The position numbers and the translations under genes were made by a program. A stretch of 64,000 nucleotides of DNA, taken from Acidobacteriota bacterium. Its GTDB lineage: Bacteria; Acidobacteriota; UBA890; WLXD01. Where the stretch lies: assembly GCA_965248695.1 (NCBI GenBank), contig CBDFKD010000002.1, positions 672,001 through 736,000 of the forward strand. Direction: 5' to 3'. Below, piece by piece: positions 19,971-29,105 of the stretch (position 1 is the first letter of the stretch; every line of letters starts with the position of its first letter). Under the pieces are notes generated by a model. That model had not been told where the DNA came from. It saw only the letters and a list, made by a program, of their open reading frames with translations, and did not search any database.

Positions 19971-20965
19971 TCCGGCGCCAAGTTCCCTGGAATTCGACTG
20001 TAGAGGAATGTCGCGGCGAGACTATCGCGGTCGCTGGGAGCCGCTCGACCAGCGGGATTGAGAATCGACGCCGTCGAGAACGAGACGACGTAGCCGCCCA
20101 GCGAGTGGGCGAACATCCGGTTGAAGAACTCGATCGTCGATTCGACACCACAGGCAACGATTGCCTTGCTGATGTCGAAACCGTTGCTCACCGAGCCGAT
20201 GTGCTCGCTGCTGAATTTTGGGTCAGCACGCTGCACGATCACCAGTCGACCGCGTGGTACTTGCGACAGCCGCGTGGGCGCCGCACCCGGCCTCACCTCG
20301 ATCTGTGGCAGCCCCAGCCGATTGCCGGTAAGGGCGCCGAACAGGGCGAGGATCGAGGTCCGCATCGCGTCGACACGGGCGTCGGTGACGACCTCCTTGT
20401 CGGATCCGACGAGCCCGCGGTAAATCTGCACAACCGGCGGCGCGGTCCAGCGGTTCGTCGCCCCAGGGGTACGCGGCGGCACGCCCTCCTTGACCGGACC
20501 GGCACCGCGCGCGTACTGGTTGATGAACTCCAGTGGCAGCCCGGCATCCTCTTCGAGCAACGTCGGACTGAGGCTGACGTTGCCGGTAACCCGTAGACGT
20601 CCAACCCGTTTGTGATGCCCGCCGCCGTTGAGCTCGACATCGTAGTCTCCTGACTGCTTTACGCGGATCTCGAAGTTGCCGCGGGCGTCGGCCTGGACGG
20701 GCTTGAACCCGGCCAGCTTGATGACCCCCTCGGTCACCACATCGCCGTCGAGCAAGCCGGTGAGCTGTCCACTCACCGTTCCTCCTTGCTGCAACAGCCC
20801 CGGGCTGGAGCCAAGGTCGACCAGGTCGTCTGCGGGCCGCTGTTTGCAGCCCGCGAAGCCCAATCCGAGGGCCCCTGCTCCCACCATGCCTGCCCGCCGT
20901 AGCATGTCTCGGCGGGTCATCTCCTCCTGGCTGTGCCGGAGATCCTTCGTCGTTCGCTCGGTCAT
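19937..20965 (-). CDS. Tat-exported lipoprotein with carboxypeptidase-regulatory-like and degenerate metallopeptidase-like domains
   Basis: TRRDML twin-arginine signal and lipobox FAGC. C-terminal FAHSLG...SILNP. Confidence 0.65.
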   Translation of the reverse strand: MTERTTKDLRHSQEEMTRRDMLRRAGMVGAGALGLGFAGCKQRPADDLVDLGSSPGLLQQGGTVSGQLTGLLDGDVVTEGVIKLAGFKPVQADARGNFEIRVKQSGDYDVELNGGGHHKRVGRLRVTGNVSLSPTLLEEDAGLPLEFINQYARGAGPVKEGVPPRTPGATNRWTAPPVVQIYRGLVGSDKEVVTDARVDAMRTSILALFGALTGNRLGLPQIEVRPGAAPTRLSQVPRGRLVIVQRADPKFSSEHIGSVSNGFDISKAIVACGVESTIEFFNRMFAHSLGGYVVSFSTASILNPAGRAAPSDRDSLAATFLYSRIPGNLAPDQDPSGVFLNA

Positions 20966-21339
20966 GGGTTGTGCATCGCCTTGCGGATCCGGTGACCCTT
21001 CTTGGGGAGGCTGAGCTCGGAGTTTCTGTAACGGCCAAACCCTTCGTTGTACAGCGGCTTGTACCGACGAATCTCATCCTCAGCGGCAGCCTCGGCCGCC
21101 GACGCCTCGTCGATCAACGAGTACTCGAGACGCGAGATACCGACCACCGGTGCGGCGCCGCAAAGCTCGCGCACAACATCACGTAGCCCCTGATCTCCCG
21201 CGTGTCCGATATACATGACTCGTTGCCCGGAAGATCGCAGGCGGAATACCGCCGGCGTCTCCGGGAGGCCGTCGATGACTCCCGGCGTTAGCTCGAGAAT
21301 GCCAGAGTCGAGGGGAGATTCGCTGGAAGGATAGCTCAC
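20962..21339 (-). CDS. Stand-alone GIY-YIG/UvrC N-terminal-like domain protein
   Basis: LPETPAVF...VMYIGHA...IRRYKPLYN. Confidence 0.7.
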   Translation of the reverse strand: MSYPSSESPLDSGILELTPGVIDGLPETPAVFRLRSSGQRVMYIGHAGDQGLRDVVRELCGAAPVVGISRLEYSLIDEASAAEAAAEDEIRRYKPLYNEGFGRYRNSELSLPKKGHRIRKAMHNP

Positions 21340-21520
21340 GGACCAGGACTCCTCACACTCGCGGAACGGCGGGGAACGTCATACGGCCGGCTCGCCACCG
21401 AGCAGCGGCACCTGTGTTTTACCTCGACGGCCAACAGCGGGCAAGAAACACGCTCCGGCGTCACCTCCTCGAGTCGATGCGCCGAACACGGCGAATCGAG
21501 TTGCCGCGCTTCCCTCACAG

Positions 21521-22546
21521 ATGCGACGATTGAGGATCATCTCGCCCTTGCCCCTCGTTTCCCGACCCGACCAGGATACGCCCGTGTCGCTCTCGCGTCG
21601 CGCATTCCGCCAAACACGCCGCGTGCCGACCTTGGTGGTGGCCGCCTTGCTGCCGGCGTCTCTGGCGCTGGCAGTTCCGGAGGCCGACAACGAGCCCCGG
21701 AGCTTGGTGCGCGGTGGCGACTTCGAGCAGCAGGCGGTGAGCCTCCGCTTGCCGTCGGTAAGCCCCTTCCCGCTGGTAGCGGGAGGATGGGGTGCCCGGG
21801 CGGTGCAGCCGCAGCATGTCAGGTCGTCGACGCGCGACGCCTATCGTGGCGACCGGGCATTACAGATCATCAGCCCCGCGGCGACACCTGCCTATGTGAT
21901 CCAGGACGTGCCAGTGGCCACGCGTGCGTTCGTCTTCGAGATTGCGGTCAGGCTCGTGCGAGGTCAGCAATCGATCGCGTTTCTGAGCGCCTGGGACCGA
22001 ATGGACCCGGCAGCGCCGGCTGCGTTGCGCATCGACCTGCAGGCCGATGGTCTCCGTATCCGCGGCGGCGACGACGACTGGGTTGTCGAAGCACCGATGT
22101 CGCCCGACGGCTGGCACCACCTGGTCCTGGAGTCCGACCCGCGCACCGAACAACTGGGCATTCGCGTCGACGGCACCCTGGTGGCTTCGCTGCCGGCGGT
22201 GCCGGTGGCCGCTCCGCAGACACTTGTCCTCGGCGGCAATCCGGCACGCGGCGTCAGCCGAGCCCGGTATGACGAGGCAAGGCTGCTTCGATTGGCCGAG
22301 CTCGAGCTTGCCGCGCTCCGCCGATCCGTTCTCCGAAGCGTGCCCGGCGCGCAGGTGGACTACCTGATGAAACGCCTGGACGACGCTGCCTGGGCACTGT
22401 CGACCGGCGCCGACAGCTTTGCCGCACCGGAGCTACGTGCAGCGTCGCGGATGCTAACGCGAATCGCAGTGGACGATATCGGAGCCGATCTTGGCGACGT
22501 GATCGCGTCAACCGACGCGCTGATCGATCTGGTCTCGGCGCCCTAG
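21521..22546 (+). CDS. Secreted protein with concanavalin A/LamG-like beta-sandwich
   Basis: Signal peptide, DGWHHLVL...IRVDG and YDE motifs. Start uncertain. Confidence 0.55.
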   Translation: MRRLRIISPLPLVSRPDQDTPVSLSRRAFRQTRRVPTLVVAALLPASLALAVPEADNEPRSLVRGGDFEQQAVSLRLPSVSPFPLVAGGWGARAVQPQHVRSSTRDAYRGDRALQIISPAATPAYVIQDVPVATRAFVFEIAVRLVRGQQSIAFLSAWDRMDPAAPAALRIDLQADGLRIRGGDDDWVVEAPMSPDGWHHLVLESDPRTEQLGIRVDGTLVASLPAVPVAAPQTLVLGGNPARGVSRARYDEARLLRLAELELAALRRSVLRSVPGAQVDYLMKRLDDAAWALSTGADSFAAPELRAASRMLTRIAVDDIGADLGDVIASTDALIDLVSAP

Positions 22547-22583
22547 TTCCCGGCCCGGCACTCATCGGCCCGCAACAGGAACG

Positions 22584-22608
22584 CTAGTGGCCTGTTACAG
22601 GCCACTAG
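22584..22608. repeat. 25-bp palindrome matching both ends of the element at 61546-62109 (collapsed footprint)
   Basis: CTAGTGGCCTGT-T-ACAGGCCACTAG. Confidence 0.85.
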
Positions 22609-23834
22609 TTAATCGCCGTTTCGCCGTCGCCCTTCAGCTCCAACACCGCGTCTATCACGTTCTGCGCTAAGGCACGAAAGGTCTTGGCGACGTCGCTTTC
22701 CGGATGCTCGACGACGTAGGGCGTACCTGCATCGCCGGCGATGGCTATCTGCGGATCCAGAGGCAGCGCGCCCAGGAACGGTACCCCGAGCTCCTCAGCC
22801 GTTCGACGCCCACCGTCACTGCTGAACACGTGCGTACGATGGCCGCATTCCGGACACGTGAAGACCGACATGTTCTCTACCAGTCCGAGCACCGGCACGT
22901 CGACCTCCTGGAACATGCGCAAACCCTTGCGGGCGTCGATCAGCGCTACGTCCTGGGGCGTGGTGACGATCACGGCTCCGTCCAGAGGCGCCGACTGCGT
23001 CAGTGTCAGCTGCGCATCGCCGGTACCGGGAGGCAGGTCGATCACCAGCGTCTCACAACCCCGCCAATCCACGTCGCGAAGGAACTGCCGCACCGCCTTC
23101 ATCACGATCGGGCCGCGCCAGATTACCGGATCGTCCTCCGGCTGCAGAAAACCGAGCGACATCAGCTTCATGCCGAATTTGTCGACCGGCACCATGACGC
23201 GCTTACCGTCGAGATCGATGATCTTCGGCTGCTCGTGGGTGCCGAGCATTGTCGGCACCGAGGGACCGTAGATGTCGGCATCCATCAGACCGACGTGCTG
23301 GCCGAGCTGCGCCAGCGCCGCCGACAGATTCACCGCGACGGTCGACTTTCCGACACCGCCTTTCCCGGAGGCCACCGCCACAACGTGCTTCACGCCGCCT
23401 ATCGGACTGCGATCGTAGAGCGCCGCTGGTCGGCCGGCCGCCGGTGGTCCGGCACCGGGCGCCGCAGCTCCGCCGGGGGCCGGGCCAGCAGGAGGGCCGC
23501 TCGCCAAACCGGGGCCAGGTGCAGCCGGACCACCTGGCCCGGCCGGCGCCGCAGGCGCGCCCTTCGACTCCGGTGCGGCGATCTCGAGACTCACACTGTC
23601 GACCCCGTCCAGCGCCATCACTGCATCATGCGAAGCGCGCGCGATCTCCTGCTGGTGAGCCGGCGAGCCGATCGGGATGTTGAGGCGAACCGTTACGCTA
23701 CCACCGTCGATGCGAACTGCCTCGACAAAGCCGAACGACACGATGTCACGCGACAATCCTGGGAAATGCACTGCCGTCAGCGCTTCACGAATACGTTCTT
23801 CATTCAGGGTCAATTGGCAGAACTCCCTGTCCAT
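22605..23834 (-). CDS. mrp: Mrp/ApbC (NBP35) iron-sulfur cluster carrier ATPase
   Basis: SGKGGVGKST, DADIYGPS, DLPPGTGD and CPECG motifs, with a Pro/Ala/Gly linker. Confidence 0.93.
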   Translation of the reverse strand: MDREFCQLTLNEERIREALTAVHFPGLSRDIVSFGFVEAVRIDGGSVTVRLNIPIGSPAHQQEIARASHDAVMALDGVDSVSLEIAAPESKGAPAAPAGPGGPAAPGPGLASGPPAGPAPGGAAAPGAGPPAAGRPAALYDRSPIGGVKHVVAVASGKGGVGKSTVAVNLSAALAQLGQHVGLMDADIYGPSVPTMLGTHEQPKIIDLDGKRVMVPVDKFGMKLMSLGFLQPEDDPVIWRGPIVMKAVRQFLRDVDWRGCETLVIDLPPGTGDAQLTLTQSAPLDGAVIVTTPQDVALIDARKGLRMFQEVDVPVLGLVENMSVFTCPECGHRTHVFSSDGGRRTAEELGVPFLGALPLDPQIAIAGDAGTPYVVEHPESDVAKTFRALAQNVIDAVLELKGDGETAIN

Positions 23835-24159
23835 CCGGGCGCTGTCGGTCGGTCTTGTGCTCCTGGCATCGACACTCCGTATCTGCGCCAGTCGTTACTC
23901 ACGCACGAAGATAGCGCGATCGTCTCACGGGGACACGCCACTTACCTCAACGCCTCGACGGCGGCGCTCGATGAGTCACGCAAGAAAAGTGGCCGACGAC
24001 CCATTGTCCCCATTTCCGGCAGCGTTTATTCTCCCCCGACTCTTGGCGCTAACAGCCGCTGAGAGACACCGTCATCCAGGGAGCTGGGGTGGCTCCCGTG
24101 CCACGATCTTCAGGGCCTGGCGCGGTCCGCGCGAGCCGGAACATCCGGGAGGCTTGTCG

Positions 24160-24501
24160 ATGTCCTTTGACCTGCTAGCGATGCGGGGTTCCGCAGGTAT
24201 TGTGCCCGACCCGTCCAAGGAAGATTGGACGGACCACGAAGCCTATAGGCAGCTTTACGTGTCAATCATCACGCTCGCTATAAAAGACTATGAGTTCCTA
24301 CGCCGCATAGACGGCCGAGTGAGCCTGTCGCCGTCCGAGCGCAAGAAGCTCCGCGGCCTCACTGAAGATTCGGATCCGGTGGAGTTCTTCAACTCGCGCT
24401 GGTTCGAAGACATCTGCGGCATGATCGGCGTGCATCCGCAGGCCATCCGCGAGCGCCTCGAGATCGAGGAAAACATGCACTTGCTGGTGGCGCTGTCCTA
24501 G
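24160..24501 (+). CDS. Small hypothetical protein
   Basis: GGGAGG RBS. The IITLAIKDY...FFNSRWFEDIC pattern resembles small helical proteins often seen in phages (inference). Confidence 0.6.
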   Translation: MSFDLLAMRGSAGIVPDPSKEDWTDHEAYRQLYVSIITLAIKDYEFLRRIDGRVSLSPSERKKLRGLTEDSDPVEFFNSRWFEDICGMIGVHPQAIRERLEIEENMHLLVALS

Positions 24502-24631
24502 CAACACCAGCGTAAGCACACTGCAACGGGCCTTCTGGGGCCCCGTTTGCTAGTCCGGGAACCGGTGACAAGTCGCTCAACGAACCCCACCATGCGCAGG
24601 GGGTTCTCCAGTGATGCGCGGAGGTAATACC

Positions 24632-25205
24632 ATGCTCGAACGTTTCCGTCCCCTGTTGGTGGTCGTGCTCGCAACCGGGTTCTTGTTGGCACCTGCCACA
24701 ACGGCCTCGCCGCAGGAACAGTACGGGTTCACTGGCGAATGGGGACAGATCACCATGCACGCAAGCGAGTTGCGGGCCCCAGGGGATCGAATGGCCGACG
24801 ATAAGCTCTAGGTCCGCTGCCGCCGGGCCAGTCGCCGTGTTCATCATCGGGGCAAGAGATTTCGGCGAACCTAACGATGACGTCGGATTCCAGTCGTATA
24901 CCCCCTTTGAGAATTCTTTCTTCTTCGGGCCCAAGGACGTCTATATCGTCGTGATCGTCGGCAACCTCGGGACCTCTACAGTAACCGGAACAGTGACGCT
25001 CAAGGTTAAAGGACCAGTGAAGGACTCTGGCTCTTTAGACATTACGTTGGACGGTGAGTCTGGGAAGGTAATCTTTTTGAAGCTAAACGTTCCCGATAGG
25101 TCGGGCCTTTACAAGCTGACCGGAAAGCTCAAAGCCAGTGCGGGCGGCGCGAAGACGGCCAAGGGCGCCTTCGGGATCACTTCGAGTGCCATCAACCGCC
25201 AGTAG
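24632..25205 (+). CDS. Secreted Ig-like hypothetical protein, frameshifted near 24785
   Basis: Signal-peptide ORF 24632-24811 joins the frame of 24837-25205 (GIEWPTISSRSAAAGPVAVF) at CCCCAGGGG. Confidence 0.55.
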
Positions 25206-25273
25206 CAGACCGGTAGATACGGGGACCAGAATGCCTCGCGATTCGAGGTTGGTTAGGCGGAGGTATTGACGTC

Positions 25274-25289
25274 ACAGACATTTGTCTGT
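25274..25289. promoter_or_regulatory. Candidate LexA operator upstream of lexA
   Basis: Palindrome ACAGACA-TT-TGTCTGT just after TTGACG. The same 15-mer recurs upstream of dnaE2. Confidence 0.8.
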
Positions 25290-25327
25290 TTTAGTAGTAG
25301 TGCTCGCCCACCGACAAGGAGCACTAC

Positions 25328-26044
25328 ATGACGCCCAAGACCCCTCCGGGGCAGACACGAGAGCGCGTTTACCGCTTCGTTCGTGACCGCTTGCTGGCCG
25401 GCAACCCGCCGACGATCCGCGAAGTTCAAGCGGCCTTCGGCTTCAAGGCGGTGGAGTCGGCTCGCGCCCATCTCAACGTCCTGGTGCAGATGGGGCAGCT
25501 GGTCAAGGACGGCGGCAAGGCGCGGGGGTATCGCCTTCCCGACTCCCCGGCCCACGCGGAGCCGCCGGTGCAGGTGCCATTGCTGGGGCGTGTTCCCGCC
25601 GGCCCGCTGAGCGAGGCGATCGAGGATATCGAGTCGTACCTGCCGGTGCGCCCGAAGTTTCGTGGCGCCGAGCTCTTCGCGTTGCGTGTCGAGGGCGACT
25701 CGATGCGCGATGCCGGCATCCTCGACGGTGACGTGGTGATCGTTCAGCGCCAGCCGACCGCTAACCCGGGCGACATCGTGGTGGCAATGATCGGCGACGA
25801 AGCAACTGTCAAGACTCTCTACGTCGAGGGGCGACGCGTCGAGTTACGCCCGCAGAACCCGGAGTATGCGCCGATCGTCCCCGATCCGACCGAGCTCCGG
25901 GTGCTGGGCAAGGTGCTCGAGGTGCGGCGTCACTTGGACGAGAACCCCTTCCGGGCCGCGTTGGCCAGGCGCCATGCCCAGGCCTCTGGTGCCGAACGCG
26001 CTTCTGGTGGACATGTCTCTAGTGGACACACTGCGGGTGCATGA
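25328..26044 (+). CDS. lexA: SOS transcriptional repressor LexA
   Basis: wHTH PTIREV, cleavage site VPAG, catalytic Ser (GDSM) and Lys (TVK). Confidence 0.95.
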   Translation: MTPKTPPGQTRERVYRFVRDRLLAGNPPTIREVQAAFGFKAVESARAHLNVLVQMGQLVKDGGKARGYRLPDSPAHAEPPVQVPLLGRVPAGPLSEAIEDIESYLPVRPKFRGAELFALRVEGDSMRDAGILDGDVVIVQRQPTANPGDIVVAMIGDEATVKTLYVEGRRVELRPQNPEYAPIVPDPTELRVLGKVLEVRRHLDENPFRAALARRHAQASGAERASGGHVSSGHTAGA

Positions 26045-26724
26045 CGTCGATGTCCGCCCTCACTTTGCCTGTTCTACCTGGTGTCGTACGCGCCGTCCGG
26101 CTCGGCGCCGGTGCGCCCATTGCGCCGGCTGCGGCAAGTTGGAGCTTGCAGGAGCTACGTGGCCGGCTGGTGGAGATCTCTGGCGTAGGCGATAGCGCCT
26201 GTCTGACTCTCGCCTTCTCCGTCGTGCTCGATGCCCAGCATCAACACGAGACCGTTGCCTGGGTAACCCGTACCGAAAGCTGCTTTTTTCCCCTCGACGC
26301 CTGGGCTAGCGGCGCCGATTTACAGGCGCTGGCGGTGATCCGCCTGCCCGACGACCGGGCCATCGTGCGCGCCACCGATCGATTGGCACGCTCCGGCGGG
26401 TTCGGCTTGATCGTCTTCGATCTCGGTTCCCGAAGCGACAAGGCCACTGCTCTGGGCCGGGCTGCTTCGCCTCGAGTGTCTTCTGCCATGCTGGCACGCC
26501 TGCGTAGTCTGGCCCACCGACACGACATGGCGGTGCTGTGCCTGACTCGCAAAAGGACTCAAGACTCATCGCTCGGCTCCATGGTCTCGCTGCGCGCCCA
26601 GGCCCGTCGCGACCGCCTCGAAATCGACCGCTTCACCTGCACGGTGAACGTTCTCAAGGACAAACAGCGCGGTCCCGGCTGGAGACATGACGAAGTGCTT
26701 CGCGGCCCCGACGGCCTGCAATGA
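26041..26724 (+). CDS. imuA: ImuA / RecA-like mutagenesis accessory protein
   Basis: RGRLVEISG and ARSGGFGLIVFD motifs. ATGA overlap with lexA. Confidence 0.85.
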   Translation: MTSMSALTLPVLPGVVRAVRLGAGAPIAPAAASWSLQELRGRLVEISGVGDSACLTLAFSVVLDAQHQHETVAWVTRTESCFFPLDAWASGADLQALAVIRLPDDRAIVRATDRLARSGGFGLIVFDLGSRSDKATALGRAASPRVSSAMLARLRSLAHRHDMAVLCLTRKRTQDSSLGSMVSLRAQARRDRLEIDRFTCTVNVLKDKQRGPGWRHDEVLRGPDGLQ

Positions 26725-26727
26725 GTC

Positions 26728-28557
26728 ATGCCCCGAACGCCCTACAAAGCATCGCTATCGCCGCGCGCCGAGATCTTCTACCGAGCGCTGACCGGGGCCC
26801 CACCCACGCTGGTCTCCCTGCACAGCGATAAGCTACGCACCGACGGGAGCAGGCTTCCAGGGGAGGGAGGCAACCCCCCAGAGGAGAGGGCACCTGGTGC
26901 CCCCTCCTCTCGCGGCGGGAGCGCGTCAGATACCAGACCGAACAATGAAGGCGGCGACCGCCCTGCCCAAGGCTTCACCCATTGCGGCGGGAGTGCGTCA
27001 GATACAAGGCAGCGTGATGAAGGCGACCTTTGGTGGTCGTCGAAGAACGCTAACGTGGTAGATGACGTGCTCCCGCCGCAATGGGGGTGTGTGGATGTGC
27101 CGGCGTTGGCCCTTCAACTCCTGGCTCAACGGCACCCCGAATGGATCGATCGCCCCATGGCCGTGGTGGCCGAGGACCGCCCCCAGGGGTTGATCCTTTG
27201 GGTCAACGAGCGCGCCTATCGAGCTCGTGTCATGCCGGGATTGCGCTACGCGGCAGGCCTATCGATTTGCCGCGAGCTATGTGCCGGGGAAGTGCCTCAG
27301 GAAGAAATCGACGCCGGCGTCAGCCGTTTGATCGAGTTGCTGCGCTGCTTCAGCCCAGGGGTAGAGGCGAGCCACGATGAGCCGGGGGTCTTCTGGGTAG
27401 ACGCCTCGGGGTTGCTCGGGTTGGAGAGCTCCCTCGAGCTATGGGCCGAACGTATCCGCGAGACGTTGCGCGAGCACCAGTTCGTGGCTCACGTCGCGGT
27501 GGGATTCTCCCGGTTTGGCGTTTACACGCTGGCTCGATGTGCGCGCGGCAGCGTGGTTTTCGAAACGCCCGAACATGAGAACCGGGCGATGTGTAGTGTG
27601 CGGCTCGATCGCCTGCATCTGGACGTCAAGCTTCGGGAGAGCCTCGCCAAGCTGGGCGTCCATACCGTGGGCGACCTTCTCCAGCTCCCTGTCGATGGCC
27701 TCGCGCGCCGGTTCGGACACGATGCTCTGCGACTGCATCGATGCGCCTCCGGCTCCCTGACCACACCGCTGGATCCGGTGCCAAATGAGCAGACGATCGA
27801 TGCCTGGATAGAGCTCGAGTATCCCGAGACCGACGCCCTGCGCTTGACCTTTATCATCAAACGAGTGCTGCCCGCCCTCCTTGAACGCACTGCCGTTTAT
27901 GGCCACGGGCTGTCAGCGCTCAACATCGATTTGCTACTTGACGACGGTAGTCGTGACCAGTCTGAAGCGCGCACGGCCGAGCCCACTCTGGACGCTGCAC
28001 AGATCCTCGATCTCGTGCGTCTCAAGCTCGACACACTGAAGCTTTCGAGTGGCGCGGTCGAGATCGGCCTCCGCGTCGATTCGACTCTCACCAACAAAGA
28101 GCAACTCGGGTTGTTCTCTGAAAAACCGCAACGCGATCTTGCTGCGGCCAACCGCGCCTTTGCACGTCTGCGCGCCGAGTTTGGACGTCACTCAGTGGTC
28201 TGGCCGCGACTGCATCGCGCCTACCTGCCGGAGGCAACCTTTAGCTGGGAAGCGCTCGACAGTGCCCGGATTCCGACGCCTCGCAAGGTACGAAAACGGC
28301 CGCTCATGCGTCGTATTTTCGACCGCCCCGTTCCCCTACCCCACCGGGGGAATCATGAACCGGACGGCTGGCTCGTTCGCGGCCCCGAGCAGGGCCCGAT
28401 GCGCAAGATCTTCGGTCCTTACACTGTCTCGGGCGGATGGTGGGTTCGCGAAGTACATCGCGATTATCACTTTGTGGAAACTCAGAAGGGTGACGTGATG
28501 TGGGTGTTCTACGATCGCCATCGTCGGCGCTGGTTCTTGCACGGACAGGTAGAATAA
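26728..28557 (+). CDS. imuB: ImuB, inactive Y-family polymerase (true start probably near 27067)
   Basis: Y-family-like fold and C-terminal GPY..SGGWW..RDY..WVFYD..WFLHG. Confidence 0.9.
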   Translation: MPRTPYKASLSPRAEIFYRALTGAPPTLVSLHSDKLRTDGSRLPGEGGNPPEERAPGAPSSRGGSASDTRPNNEGGDRPAQGFTHCGGSASDTRQRDEGDLWWSSKNANVVDDVLPPQWGCVDVPALALQLLAQRHPEWIDRPMAVVAEDRPQGLILWVNERAYRARVMPGLRYAAGLSICRELCAGEVPQEEIDAGVSRLIELLRCFSPGVEASHDEPGVFWVDASGLLGLESSLELWAERIRETLREHQFVAHVAVGFSRFGVYTLARCARGSVVFETPEHENRAMCSVRLDRLHLDVKLRESLAKLGVHTVGDLLQLPVDGLARRFGHDALRLHRCASGSLTTPLDPVPNEQTIDAWIELEYPETDALRLTFIIKRVLPALLERTAVYGHGLSALNIDLLLDDGSRDQSEARTAEPTLDAAQILDLVRLKLDTLKLSSGAVEIGLRVDSTLTNKEQLGLFSEKPQRDLAAANRAFARLRAEFGRHSVVWPRLHRAYLPEATFSWEALDSARIPTPRKVRKRPLMRRIFDRPVPLPHRGNHEPDGWLVRGPEQGPMRKIFGPYTVSGGWWVREVHRDYHFVETQKGDVMWVFYDRHRRRWFLHGQVE

Positions 28558-28674
28558 CCCTACGAGTGCGTGTAGATTTGCGTTCCATTACTTTGACTTA
28601 TAAAGTACTTTTGAGACAAGTATAGCGCTCACGCTTGTGTACGCACCTCCACTCGGTCGAGATTCGAGCTCCGC

Positions 28675-29105
28675 ATGCTGACCACGCTCAACGATCTGCG
28701 CTACGGGCTCCGCGACCTGCTCGCCAGTCGGACATTCGCGATGGCGGCCATCCTGTCCATTGCGCTGGGTATAGCCGCCAACGCAATCATCTTCAGCCTC
28801 GTGAGCGCGGTGCTCCTGCGTCCGCTGCCGGTTCCCCGACCCGAAGGGCTGGTGCGCATCGGCGGCAGCATTCATGGGCGCGGGCACATGACCCTCTCGG
28901 TCACCGATCACCGCGAGATCGCCACGGCGCCAGCGCTGGCAGGCGTCGCCGCACATCGGTTCAACCAGATCGTGATGAACGTTGACCACCAGCCGCGCGT
29001 CGCTGGCGTCGAGATCGTGTCCGACAACTACTTCGAGGTGCTCGAGGTACGCCCAGCACGCGGCAGAACGTTCGGGGGCAACGATCGGGAGCCGGGGAGT
29101 CCCGT
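28675..29105 (+). pseudogene. ADOP/MacB-like ABC permease, N-terminal fragment cut by IS
   Basis: DLRYGLR...ALGIAANAIIFS..AVLLRPLP...VSDNYF..GRTF, ending at the IS left end. Confidence 0.88.

Noticed and set aside
4080-24062. Many long antisense ORFs (e.g. 4080-5276, 6090-7226, 22704-24062)
   Set aside because: They are typical high-GC shadows of well-supported genes on the opposite strand and show no motifs.
24809-24811. Stop-codon readthrough in the secreted protein
   Set aside because: The downstream ORF is in a different frame, so the lesion is a frameshift.
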